DNA from: Luminiphilus sp.
GTDB taxonomy: Bacteria > Pseudomonadota > Gammaproteobacteria > Pseudomonadales > Halieaceae
Assembly (NCBI GenBank): GCA_965658685.1
Contig: CBFHTF010000004.1
Location: forward strand, 183 to 64,182
Direction: 5' to 3'
Length of the DNA stretch: 64,000 bases
Part shown: in pieces, positions 30,572 to 39,447 of the stretch
How the letters are laid out: the number at the start of each line of letters is the position of its first letter
Position numbering within the stretch: position 1 is the first letter of the stretch
Position numbers and translations under genes: made by a program
The notes under the pieces: model-generated
The model's input: only the letters and a program-made list of their open reading frames with translations
What the model was told of the DNA's origin: nothing
Database searches by the model: none

Positions 30572-31606
30572 CTAATGGGTACCCGCTTCAGTCTCGGGCG
30601 ATGTCTTTAAAAAGTGGGTGTTAATGAACTGTCTTGTTAAGTCAGGAAAGTCGGTGAATGCACCGTCAGACCGGTTCTCAACAAACACTTTGTAATGCTG
30701 TTCGTCAAAGCTGACAAATGGCTCAAATTGGTCGGCTCTCAGGGTGTAAGGATGCACGAGCAAAGCGTGTTCGTGGGCCCGCTTGCCGAGATTTGGATAC
30801 CGTTCGTCGAATAACTGTGGAATCCATGGGCCAATGCCATCAGCGTATTCTGCAATGGCCGCTAAGCCGGCGTCGCTGCGCATCGAATCGTAATCATTGC
30901 TCTCGCCCTCGCCCCAGCTATTATCGCCGATCAGTTGTATGAGGGGCAGCGGCGTGTGCAGATCATGGTTTAGATGGCGCAGCGTGGCTGCGTCGAAGCA
31001 CTGGAGAAAAACCCGCGCCGTGGATGTGTTGAGTTGATGTGTCTCGAGGACTTTTAGTACGGTTTTGGCAATGTCCCAACCTGACTCGTGATGAAAACGC
31101 GGTGATTTAAGTTCTATGTAGAAGCCCACCTGACTTGCTCTACTTTTGTTTAAACCTTTGATAAGCACGATGGCCTCGGCGAGGGTGGGAATCCTCAAAG
31201 CCAAGTGGTCTGATGGAAAGCGCTCTTTGAAGACTCGCTTACCGTTGTCATTGCGACGCTCAAACACCGTGAGTTTTTTTAATTCTGCTAGCGTGAAATC
31301 GATTGCGTAATAGCGGCCATCGGCGCGCGCCCGATCGGGAAAGATTTGACCTACGTTAGTGGTGTTGTCTAAATGAACGTCATGTAACACCATGGGTACG
31401 CCGTCGTTACTTAAGACCACATCTTGCTCGATGTAGTCGGCTCCTAAGCCATGGGCGAGAGCCATCGATACCAAGGTGTGCTCCGGTAGATAGCCACTGG
31501 CACCTCTGTGAGCAATAACTAGGGGCTGTGATTCGGTAGCGGCGCTGGTAGTTGCCCCTAAAGAAATTAACAGTACGAACAATAGCCTCGTCGTGACCGA
31601 CAACAT
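30572..31606 (-). CDS. glpQ: Glycerophosphodiester phosphodiesterase, secreted
   Basis: Signal peptide, then VIAHRGASGYLPEHT and EQDVVLSNDGVPMVLHD motifs. Confidence 0.88.
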   Translation of the reverse strand: MLSVTTRLLFVLLISLGATTSAATESQPLVIAHRGASGYLPEHTLVSMALAHGLGADYIEQDVVLSNDGVPMVLHDVHLDNTTNVGQIFPDRARADGRYYAIDFTLAELKKLTVFERRNDNGKRVFKERFPSDHLALRIPTLAEAIVLIKGLNKSRASQVGFYIELKSPRFHHESGWDIAKTVLKVLETHQLNTSTARVFLQCFDAATLRHLNHDLHTPLPLIQLIGDNSWGEGESNDYDSMRSDAGLAAIAEYADGIGPWIPQLFDERYPNLGKRAHEHALLVHPYTLRADQFEPFVSFDEQHYKVFVENRSDGAFTDFPDLTRQFINTHFLKTSPETEAGTH

Positions 31607-31710
31607 CCTTGGGGACTCCTATAGCGTATGGAGATTATCTCATTAGACCTTAACCACTGCCACGCGCCGTGGTCGACACACGACATTTTGCCTGCTATTT
31701 GTGACAGACC

Positions 31711-32049
31711 ATGACCGAACTCGACTCTCGAACACCATGTCCTCCTCTGGGTTACTCCTGCCGATGCGATCTGCCTGAGTCGCGGCAAGTTGAATTGGTG
31801 GCTGAATTTCACGCCTACCGAATTCGCCCAACACGCATTGCTTATCGTTTGGGTATCGATATTGCGCTCATTGAGAGCTTGTTGGCGGGTGAGCGCGATC
31901 AGCGGCGTTTTCAGTCACTGGTACGTTATTACCGCCGCAATCGACTCGGTCAACGCGTTCGTGATGCTGAACGCCAACGCGGGCAACGTGCATTTGAACT
32001 GCGGCATCAGGCACAGCGTGATTTTGATGCCGAACTGGATATGCCATAG
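31711..32049 (+). CDS. Hypothetical Arg-rich protein, possible small HTH protein
   Basis: 112-aa ATG ORF with coding-like codon pattern. It has an HTH-like stretch IRPTRIAYRLGIDIALIESLL followed by a highly charged helix. No Shine-Dalgarno seen and no family recognised. Confidence 0.35.
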   Translation: MTELDSRTPCPPLGYSCRCDLPESRQVELVAEFHAYRIRPTRIAYRLGIDIALIESLLAGERDQRRFQSLVRYYRRNRLGQRVRDAERQRGQRAFELRHQAQRDFDAELDMP

Positions 32050-32202
32050 CGTTTTAAGAACAAAGCATTGGTCAAACCGAACGTTGGCCCGCGGGCGTAA
32101 GCGTTTTGTAACATTGGCAAATTACGCTGCTCGCCGCGGTGGTCACAGACGGGTGTAAGGCGTCGACTTTCTCCGTTATGATTACCTAATCGAAAAATAC
32201 GG

Positions 32203-32607
32203 GTGAAAGCATTCGTGCAATCAGTCATCACAAAGTGGCATGACATCATGGCTTCAGGCAGCAGCGACGGGTTATATGCGCTGCTGGCTGAAGACTGCGT
32301 GTTCTGGTCACCGGTTGTGCACACCCCTCAGGCGGGTCGTGATTTGTGTTTTGCCTACCTCTCGGCTGCTCAGCGGGCATTCGCCACCGACTTCCAGTAC
32401 TTACGTGAGATTATTCAAGGCGACAACGCAGTCCTAGAATTCAGCTGCACCATGGACGGCACCATCGTCAATGGTGTCGACATGATAACTGCCCGAGATG
32501 GACAGATTGTTGACTTCAAAGTGATGGTAAGGCCGTTACAGGCTGTCAACAAAGTGCATGAGCAGATGATGGCTATGCTCGAAAAAATGCGAGCGCAGCA
32601 GTCTTGA
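32203..32607 (+). CDS. SnoaL-like / NTF2-fold protein
   Basis: 134 aa; pattern VITKWHDIMASG....LLAEDCVFWSPVVHTP is typical of NTF2-like (SnoaL/DUF4440) proteins. GTG start; its stop overlaps the next ORF (TTGA). Confidence 0.65.
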   Translation: MKAFVQSVITKWHDIMASGSSDGLYALLAEDCVFWSPVVHTPQAGRDLCFAYLSAAQRAFATDFQYLREIIQGDNAVLEFSCTMDGTIVNGVDMITARDGQIVDFKVMVRPLQAVNKVHEQMMAMLEKMRAQQS

Positions 32608-32921
32608 CTGCCAATACCCCGAAATTGCTACGTCGATTCGGTCCGTCGACGCCAATGACTGTGTGGGCTCGCGCCACCGTCGTTGCCGCATTGTTTGCAC
32701 TATTCACGCTGCAGCTAACCGCCAGTGATCATTTCCACAACGTTCATGAAACGGCACAGTGCGAGGTGTGCAGCCACGCCGGCGATACCACAGTCGTACA
32801 GCTGGTTGAGCTAGCGAGTTGCATCTCGGCCACACCTACCGCTTTGGCGCTTTGCCAAGTGATGGGGCCTGTTTTGGCGCCTTTGGACCTTGTTATTAGA
32901 GGCCCGCCCGTTAACTCCTGA
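32604..32921 (+). CDS. Small His/Cys-rich membrane-anchored protein (DUF2946-like)
   Basis: Hydrophobic anchor MTVWARATVVAALFALFTL, then SDHFHNVHETAQCEVCSHAGD (HxH, CxxC). Such proteins commonly precede metal-type TonB-dependent receptors. Start is either TTG 32604 or ATG 32655. Confidence 0.5.
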   Translation: MTANTPKLLRRFGPSTPMTVWARATVVAALFALFTLQLTASDHFHNVHETAQCEVCSHAGDTTVVQLVELASCISATPTALALCQVMGPVLAPLDLVIRGPPVNS

Positions 32922-32974
32922 TAGTCGTCTAGTTACGCCCCCGGGGCGTCTACACTTATTTCAGGAGATTGATT

Positions 32975-35077
32975 GTGAAACGTATTGATATCACGTTCCT
33001 ACTTGGTGCTGTGTTTGCATCAGGTGTGGCGGCAGATGCTGACCGCCCCAAAACCCCCGTAAAACCCTTAGAACATGTGCTGGTAACGATCCCATTACAC
33101 CAGTCGTCTATGGAGACAGCTTTCCCAGTGGATGTACTCACCGGTGATCGTTTGGCCAGAGAAGTCTCTGCCACACTCGGTGACAGCATCGACAACTTAG
33201 CTGGCGTCCACAATGCCAGTTTCGGTCCTGGTGTCGGCCAACCCGTCATTCGGGGTTTAGCAGGCCCGCGGGTTTTGTCTCTGCAAAACGGCACACGCAG
33301 TGCCGATGTGTCATCTCTCAGTGCCGACCACGTCGTTGCCGTGGATCCCTTGTTGGCTGACAGTATTGAAGTTTTGCGAGGGCCCGCAACACTACTGTAC
33401 GGTGGCGGTGCTATTGGTGGTGTTGTCAATGTTATTGACGGCCGAATCCCAACGAACCCCATCGATGGTACGGATGCGGCGTTTGCTTACCGTTACACCG
33501 GTGCCAACAACGGTCAGTCGGGGGTTTTGCGGCTTGATCATGGTATTGGCCAATGGGCTTTTCATGCCGATGCGGTGCTACGCAGAAGTGCCGATTTAAA
33601 TGTTGCAGATGGTGCTGGCTACGAAGGCACTGACACGCTTGAAAACACCGACATGCAGGCAAGCACCGGCACTCTCGGCGCCAGTTTCCATTTTGACAAG
33701 GGTTTCGTCGGCTTTTCTGTTAATCGCCAAGAAAATGATTATGGCTTACCCGCGGGCACCCATAATCATGGTCATCACGAGGAGCACGAGGAGCACGAGG
33801 AGCACGAGGAGCACGAGGAGCACGAGGAGCACGAGGAGCACGAGGAGCACGAGGAGCACGAAGAGCACGAGGAGCACGGTGATGAAGACATACGCCTCGA
33901 TATGCGCCAGACCCGTTACGATATGGTGATGCACTTGCACAACCCCGTGTCGTTCGTCGAAGTGGCTCGCGGGTTCTTAAGCTACACGGAGTATGAACAC
34001 ACCGAGTTAGAAGGTCCGGAAGTGGGCACTGTTTACACCAGTGATGCCTATGAAGGCCGTTTGGAATTGGTGCATATGCCAATGGGTGATCTCCACGGCG
34101 TTATTGGCGCTCAGTTCGGTGCCACCGAGTTTAGTGCGCTTGGTGATGAAGCCTTTGTGCCGCGCACCGACATCGATCGAGTCGGCTTGTTTGTGTTAGA
34201 AGATTGGCATCAAGGTTCCTGGCAGTTAGAGGCGGGTCTGCGTTTCGATCGCGATACTTTGACCCCCGATCAAGCGGGCTTTGACCGTGACTTCAACGCC
34301 GTATCTGCGTCGATCGGTGCTATTTTCGAGGCGAGTGATGTTTGGCACTTGTCATCGTCACTGAGCCGTGCCGAGCGCGCCCCCGCGGTTGAGGAGTTGT
34401 TCTCTAACTTAGGTAATGGTCCCGCCACCTGGGTCACTCATGCCGCTACCGGAGCAATTGAGTTAGGCGACGTCAACCTCGATACCGAATCTGGCGTCAA
34501 CGTCGATGTGGGCGCTGTTTGGCACAGTGGCGACAGTTCTGCCCGTTTCACGATTTACATCAACGATTTTGATAATTACATCAACCTGGCCACGACTGAA
34601 CTCACGGTCGGTGAGACACCGGTGCGGCAGTACGAGCAAGGGGGCGCCCAGTTTATTGGCGCTGAGTTTGATGGTGATTGGTTCATTAGCAGTTTGGCGG
34701 GTGGCCGCTTGTACCTAGAAACCCAGTTAGATGTGGTTCGTGGCGAGCTCGACTCAGGTGGCGACATTCCTCGTTTGCCACCGTTTACTGGCGTGTTAGG
34801 TCTCAATTGGTCAGGTGACAACAGCTATTACTACGGTCGATTGACAGCCGCTGGTAAGCAAGATCGCCCAGGTATCAATGAAGAGCCGACTCAAGACTGG
34901 TTCCGACTCGATGTAGGTGGTGAGTGGACGATTACCGCGGGTGGTAGCGAAGTGGTCTTATCTGCCGGGCTACGTAACATGACCAATGAGGATATTCGCC
35001 TTAGCACCTCGTGGCTACGAGAGGATGCGCCGGAACCTGGGCGTTCATTCGATTTGGGCTTCCGTATCAATTTGTAA
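32975..35077 (+). CDS. TonB-dependent receptor with His/Glu-rich insertion (ZnuD/OprC-like putative metal receptor)
   Basis: Signal peptide, plug motifs (LGDSIDNLAGV.., PVIRGL, IEVLRGPATLLYGGGAIGGVVNVI), barrel, and terminal FDLGFRINL. AGGAG lies 7 nt before GTG 32975 (TTG 32969 also possible). Contains NHGHH(EEH)n. Confidence 0.9.
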   Translation: MKRIDITFLLGAVFASGVAADADRPKTPVKPLEHVLVTIPLHQSSMETAFPVDVLTGDRLAREVSATLGDSIDNLAGVHNASFGPGVGQPVIRGLAGPRVLSLQNGTRSADVSSLSADHVVAVDPLLADSIEVLRGPATLLYGGGAIGGVVNVIDGRIPTNPIDGTDAAFAYRYTGANNGQSGVLRLDHGIGQWAFHADAVLRRSADLNVADGAGYEGTDTLENTDMQASTGTLGASFHFDKGFVGFSVNRQENDYGLPAGTHNHGHHEEHEEHEEHEEHEEHEEHEEHEEHEEHEEHEEHGDEDIRLDMRQTRYDMVMHLHNPVSFVEVARGFLSYTEYEHTELEGPEVGTVYTSDAYEGRLELVHMPMGDLHGVIGAQFGATEFSALGDEAFVPRTDIDRVGLFVLEDWHQGSWQLEAGLRFDRDTLTPDQAGFDRDFNAVSASIGAIFEASDVWHLSSSLSRAERAPAVEELFSNLGNGPATWVTHAATGAIELGDVNLDTESGVNVDVGAVWHSGDSSARFTIYINDFDNYINLATTELTVGETPVRQYEQGGAQFIGAEFDGDWFISSLAGGRLYLETQLDVVRGELDSGGDIPRLPPFTGVLGLNWSGDNSYYYGRLTAAGKQDRPGINEEPTQDWFRLDVGGEWTITAGGSEVVLSAGLRNMTNEDIRLSTSWLREDAPEPGRSFDLGFRINL
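33776..33874. repeat. 9-bp tandem repeat CACGAGGAG, 11 copies (10 identical, one CACGAAGAG)
   Basis: Read directly: cacgaggag repeated head to tail from 33776. In frame, it encodes (HEE)11 inside the receptor. Confidence 0.95.
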
Positions 35078-35108
35078 GTGGGGTTACCTTGCCCCGCGGT
35101 TAACGTCC

Positions 35109-35146
35109 ACGAGTCGTCGCCTTTTGTTGGGAAAGGGACGACTCGT
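35109..35146 (+). terminator. Strong stem-loop after receptor gene (terminator-like, no U tract)
   Basis: ACGAGTCGTCGCCTTT - tgttggg - AAAGGGACGACTCGT, about 15 bp of stem with one bulge, 32 nt after the receptor stop. Confidence 0.45.
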
Positions 35147-35201
35147 AGCGCAGCCAGTCTGTTATTGTTGGGATAACAGCTGGTAACGTGGGGACTTTTT
35201 T

Positions 35202-35762
35202 ATGAATCGATTGGTGGTGGGTATCAGTGGTGCTTCTGGCGTCATTTATGGCGTGCGTGCACTTCAGTTACTCAGCGCACTGCCGGTCGAGGTGCACTTG
35301 GTCATGAGTAAATCTGCTGAGCTCACGGTGCATCATGAGTTAAATCAAAGTGTCAGCGACATCCGTGCGCTGGCCGATGAGTATCATCCAGTGCGCAATG
35401 TAGGTGCCGCCATTGCCAGCGGCTCCTTTGAGGGCTTAGGCATGCTAATAGCGCCCTGCTCTATACGCACCTTGGGAGAGATAGTCAGCGGCGTGACCTC
35501 GAGCTTGTTAACGCGAGCCGCCGACGTGGCATTAAAGGAGCGTCGACGTCTGGTGCTGATGGTGCGCGAGACGCCACTGCATTTGGGTCATCTTCGCAAT
35601 ATGGTGGCTGCGACCGAAATGGGCGCTGTCATCGCACCACCGGTACCGGCGTTTTACACTCAGCCTGAAAGCGTCGATGCCATTGTTACCCAGACCGTAG
35701 CCCGTAGTCTTGACCTGTTTGGTTTGAAGGCGCCAGAGACCGTTCGATGGACTGAATCGTGA
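35202..35762 (+). CDS. ubiX: Flavin prenyltransferase UbiX
   Basis: RLVVGISGASGVIYGVRALQLL start, and LMVRETPLH and PAFY motifs. Confidence 0.92.
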   Translation: MNRLVVGISGASGVIYGVRALQLLSALPVEVHLVMSKSAELTVHHELNQSVSDIRALADEYHPVRNVGAAIASGSFEGLGMLIAPCSIRTLGEIVSGVTSSLLTRAADVALKERRRLVLMVRETPLHLGHLRNMVAATEMGAVIAPPVPAFYTQPESVDAIVTQTVARSLDLFGLKAPETVRWTES

Positions 35763-37009
35763 TGTCCCAGCCCAGTGCCCGGCCATCCGCTATGTGGCTG
35801 GTATTTTTTGTCATCGTTGTCGACTTAACCGGCTTCGGCATTGTCATTCCGATACTCCCTTTTATCTCACCGTCACTTGGTGGCGACGAAATTGATGTGG
35901 CACTGGTTATTGCCGTCTACAGTTTATGCGCCGGACTCGCGGGCCCGTTCTGGGGCGGATTATCCGATCGTATTGGGCGAAAATGGGTGCTCATGATCTG
36001 TCTGTTTGGTGGGGCACTGTCCTACGCTTTCTTAGGCAGCTCCGATGCGTTATGGATGGTCTATGCCGCACGAGCATTTGGTGGCCTGATGGCGGGGAGT
36101 TTGCCGGTTGCCTCGGCATTGATGGCCGATTTGAGTACCCCTGAACGACGAGCAAAGGCCATGGGGTTGGTGGGTACCGCTTTTGGTATAGGTCTCATTC
36201 TGGGTCCACTATTGGGTGGCTTGTTGGCGGGCGATGGAGAGACTTTCAGTACCGCGGGTTGGTTCGCCTGTGCCCTCTCCATGGCTTCTGTCGTTCTCGC
36301 CGCGGTGTTATTGAGCAACGATAAACCTGCCAAGCCAACAACAAGCTCTGGGCCCAAGACCTCTTTGTCGATGCCAGCATTTTTGCGCGAAAAAAAGGCG
36401 CACTGGTTGGTTGCTCAATATGTATTTCACACCAGCGCTGTCAGTGCCGCCATTTATTTGAGTCCACTGTGGCTTGCCGCATTTCTCGATTGGGGTCCAC
36501 GGGAGGTGGGGTTGCTGTTTGGGGGTGTGGGCTTAGCGATGATTTTGATTCAAGGCGCACTCATGGACTGGCTGACCAGTCGATTCGGCTTGCTGCCTGT
36601 TTTGGCCGCTGGTGCCGCTGTTTTTGCAGTGAGTTTATTGGCCACATCTGTGGTTACTGGTGTGTGGCCTCGTGCTTTGGTGGTATTCATGGCCTTTGCT
36701 GGTGCGACGTGTTGCTTACCCGTACTCAATGTGATTTCCAGTAGCGTTGTTGGGGCTGAAGAACGCGGTCGTATGATGGGTATCACCGCATTCGCTGGCT
36801 CCTTTGGTCGAGTTGCGGGCCCGCTGGTCTCGGGCGCGGTGTTGGCGATGTCAGGGTATGAGCTAGCTTGGTTGGTGGTGGCTTTGCCCGTATTGATGGT
36901 GCTGTGGTGGAGTCAAACCAGTGCCCGACGATATAGCACCGCCAATCAATCCAGCGTCGAGCGGCGTTCCGACATGCCATTGGCGGACTCGGTGGAGTCT
37001 CACTCATGA
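35759..37009 (+). CDS. MFS transporter
   Basis: About 12 hydrophobic helices and MFS motif A-like GGLSDRIGRKWVL. GTGA overlap with ubiX. Confidence 0.85.
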   Translation: MMSQPSARPSAMWLVFFVIVVDLTGFGIVIPILPFISPSLGGDEIDVALVIAVYSLCAGLAGPFWGGLSDRIGRKWVLMICLFGGALSYAFLGSSDALWMVYAARAFGGLMAGSLPVASALMADLSTPERRAKAMGLVGTAFGIGLILGPLLGGLLAGDGETFSTAGWFACALSMASVVLAAVLLSNDKPAKPTTSSGPKTSLSMPAFLREKKAHWLVAQYVFHTSAVSAAIYLSPLWLAAFLDWGPREVGLLFGGVGLAMILIQGALMDWLTSRFGLLPVLAAGAAVFAVSLLATSVVTGVWPRALVVFMAFAGATCCLPVLNVISSSVVGAEERGRMMGITAFAGSFGRVAGPLVSGAVLAMSGYELAWLVVALPVLMVLWWSQTSARRYSTANQSSVERRSDMPLADSVESHS

Positions 37010-37037
37010 CTCTCCTGTTTTTTTAAGGAGTGCTGCT

Positions 37038-38003
37038 GTGCTGCCTAAAGTTGTTGTTACTTTGCCGATTCCCGATTCAGCCAAACAGCGCTTGGCCGGC
37101 CATTGTGCGTTGCAGTGTTGGAATGAACCTAAGCCCATACCGACAGACCTATTACAGGAGTGGCTGCAAGATAGTGTGGGTGTTTTGTGTTCTCTGGGTA
37201 CACCATTACCCGCACGTTTGTTAGCGGACGCTGGGCAGTTACGGATAATTTCGACGGTATCAGTAGGTGTCGATCATATTGATGTGGCTTCTGCCAGCCG
37301 GGCTGGTATCGCTGTTGGGCATACGCCGGGGGTTTTGACTGACAGCACTGCTGATCTGGCTTTGGCCTTAATGCTGACACTGAGTCGGCGTGTGATAGAA
37401 GGTCATCGATACGTTTCATCCGGCGATTGGACAGATGGCTGGTCACCCAATTTATTGTTGGGTAACGATTTAAGTCGTTCTTGTGTGGGGCTAGTCGGTT
37501 TGGGGCCGATTGGTCAAGCGGTGGCAAAACGCTTACAGGCATTTGGATCAGAAGTGATCGCGTGGAACCGCAGCTCACGATGTGTAGACGGGGTCCGCAT
37601 GGTTGACCTAGATACCCTGTTTACGAGGGCCGATTTTGTGTCTCTACATGTTGCGTCTAATGCCGAAACCCACCACCTAGTGAGCCGTCATCGGTTGGCA
37701 CAAATGAAGGTCGGTGCTGCTCTTATTAATACGGCTCGAGGTGCTTTGGTCGATGAGCAGGCGCTAACCGATGAACTCGCCAGTGGTCGTTTATGCGCTG
37801 GACTCGATGTGTATCAGACTGAGCCTTTGCCCAGCGATAGTCGGTTATTAGGGTTCAATAATGTTGTTCTACTGCCTCATGTGGGCAGTGCCACGGCCAG
37901 CACCCGTCAAGCCATGATGTCCCTGGCGATCGACAATCTTATTGCTGGTCTCAATCAACAACCGCTCCCGGCTAGCTGCAATCCGTTGCCTGTGGTCACG
38001 TAG
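37038..38003 (+). CDS. D-isomer-specific 2-hydroxyacid dehydrogenase (glyoxylate/hydroxypyruvate reductase-like)
   Basis: GLVGLGPIGQAVAKRL NAD motif, NTARGALVDE, and LLPHVGSAT with catalytic His. AAGGAG lies 7 nt before GTG 37038; the longer ORF (36921) overlaps the MFS gene. Confidence 0.85.
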   Translation: MLPKVVVTLPIPDSAKQRLAGHCALQCWNEPKPIPTDLLQEWLQDSVGVLCSLGTPLPARLLADAGQLRIISTVSVGVDHIDVASASRAGIAVGHTPGVLTDSTADLALALMLTLSRRVIEGHRYVSSGDWTDGWSPNLLLGNDLSRSCVGLVGLGPIGQAVAKRLQAFGSEVIAWNRSSRCVDGVRMVDLDTLFTRADFVSLHVASNAETHHLVSRHRLAQMKVGAALINTARGALVDEQALTDELASGRLCAGLDVYQTEPLPSDSRLLGFNNVVLLPHVGSATASTRQAMMSLAIDNLIAGLNQQPLPASCNPLPVVT

Positions 38004-38028
38004 CTAGGTCGGGCGCAGTAGCTGCTCT

Positions 38029-38646
38029 TCAATTGTTGCGGGCCTGCGGCAACCGAGAAAAAGCGCGGCTCACCGCTGTGTTTACATTCTTGGTCATTTT
38101 CTCCACGTTGTCGCGGTTTACATTTTCGACCATCTTATTGATGGCTGTGGTCCACAGTAATCGCTGTTTGTCGCCGCTCGAAAACTGAATAACGATGCTA
38201 TTAATCGCTTTCGGGCCGCTTAGTGCGTAGGCATTGTCGAGCAAGGCCTGATTGACTTGACGATTGACTACCACATTTGGATCGACGTAAGGCGACGTGT
38301 TATCCGCCTCTCTGGCCGTGCTATTTAATTCCCCTTGCGCCAGTGCAGCCCTGAACTGGTAGTCAATAATGAAGTCACCGTCAGCAGCAACTTGTCGGTA
38401 GCCCTTTGCTGACAAATCACGATCGACCGCAGCGCGTAGCGCAGGGTCAATAATAGACAGCGCGTCAGTATCTCCGGTGCTGGTCTTGAGTGCTGGTGTT
38501 CGCCAACTGTAGCTCTGAAAGTTACCCGCTTTGAAGCGGTCGAGGGGCGCACTGTCGATTTGGATACCCGTGCAGGCAACGAGTAGCGGTACAAGCAATA
38601 TGCCAAGCCAACGTCCATTGAGTGTAGTAACCGTTAAAGAGCCCAT
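38029..38646 (-). CDS. Putative lipoprotein (DUF4136-like)
   Basis: Lipobox LLVAC after a hydrophobic signal. No catalytic motifs; the family assignment is tentative. Confidence 0.5.
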   Translation of the reverse strand: MGSLTVTTLNGRWLGILLVPLLVACTGIQIDSAPLDRFKAGNFQSYSWRTPALKTSTGDTDALSIIDPALRAAVDRDLSAKGYRQVAADGDFIIDYQFRAALAQGELNSTAREADNTSPYVDPNVVVNRQVNQALLDNAYALSGPKAINSIVIQFSSGDKQRLLWTTAINKMVENVNRDNVEKMTKNVNTAVSRAFSRLPQARNN

Positions 38647-38668
38647 GGTGGCTTTCTCCGTTTAATAG

Positions 38669-39442
38669 CTAGCTGAAAAACAGTAAGCGGATCACCATGA
38701 CAATAATGGCCACGGTCATGACCCGACGAATAAGACTTTCGCCACCTTTTAGGGTGAGTTTCGCACCAATAAAGCCGCCTGCGGCATTACCTATCGCCAA
38801 TGTAGCACCGAGTAACCACAGGATGTCACTGTTGAGACTGTAGATGACTAGCGCAACGGACGTGTAGCTGGCAGTGATGAATACTTTTTGGACATTCGTC
38901 GTTACTAGGTCGTATCCCATCACCCGATGCAATATGGGCATGAGGATGAAACCCATGCCAATTTGAATGAAGCCACCCCAGAAGCCAGCTGCCACCATAA
39001 GCAGATAGCCCAAGCGACGTCGATCATCGCTTATCACTCTATCGTGGGTTAGACGTGTGCCACTGTTACTGCTGTGCATAAGTAAAAGCACGATGACCAT
39101 GACGGCTGCTAATAGCCACCGAAACCACTCTCCCGATAGGCTCGAGCCTAGCCAAGCCCCCAAAACAGCTCCGGGCAGAGCGCAAGCCGAGAGCCGGAGG
39201 CTTAGCCCTAGGTTGTGTTTTCCCGCCGACCAAAACGTCGTGGCGGCGGTCAGATTTTGCGCCAGTATGGCAATGCGATTAGTACCGTTAGCAATAGGCC
39301 CAGGTACGCCCAGGAACACCATCATTGGCACTGTAATAACCGAACCGCCGCCAGCCATTACATTGATGACACCACCTATCACGCCAGCGCCAATGAGTGC
39401 AGCGTAATGCCAGAGCTCTAGCTGCAGCGACAGGGTTTCCAC
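38669..39442 (-). CDS. Sulfite exporter TauE/SafE family membrane protein
   Basis: 257 aa, about 8 helices, with internally duplicated GGGS..-type motifs (VMAGGGSVITVPMMVFLG). Confidence 0.8.
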   Translation of the reverse strand: METLSLQLELWHYAALIGAGVIGGVINVMAGGGSVITVPMMVFLGVPGPIANGTNRIAILAQNLTAATTFWSAGKHNLGLSLRLSACALPGAVLGAWLGSSLSGEWFRWLLAAVMVIVLLLMHSSNSGTRLTHDRVISDDRRRLGYLLMVAAGFWGGFIQIGMGFILMPILHRVMGYDLVTTNVQKVFITASYTSVALVIYSLNSDILWLLGATLAIGNAAGGFIGAKLTLKGGESLIRRVMTVAIIVMVIRLLFFS

Positions 39443-39447
39443 GACAG

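Noticed and set aside
32050-32202. Zur or Fur box upstream of the SnoaL-like/DUF2946-like/receptor operon (for example TTATGATTACCTAATC, or the GCGTAA..TTACGC inverted ends).
   Set aside because: The matches to the consensus boxes I remember are only about half the positions, which is not distinguishable from chance by eye.
33776-33874. Possibility that the tandem repeats (here, 15231-15280 and 45929-45964) are CRISPR arrays or phase-variation switches.
   Set aside because: The units are 6-15 bp, directly abutting with no spacers, and lie in frame within genes. All unit lengths are multiples of 3, so slippage changes length but not frame.
33600-34082. ORFs with striking repeats (STR)n, (APR)n and (LLV)n at 33600-33929(+), 33720-34082(-) and 33746-33940(-).
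   Set aside because: These are alternative-frame or opposite-strand readings of the 9-bp CACGAGGAG repeat inside the receptor gene, whose own frame is supported by plug and barrel motifs on both sides.
36921-37037. N-terminal extension of the 2-hydroxyacid dehydrogenase ORF overlapping the MFS gene by 89 bp.
   Set aside because: The in-frame GTG at 37038 has an AAGGAG Shine-Dalgarno, and the dehydrogenase homology starts there. The extension has no homology-like features.
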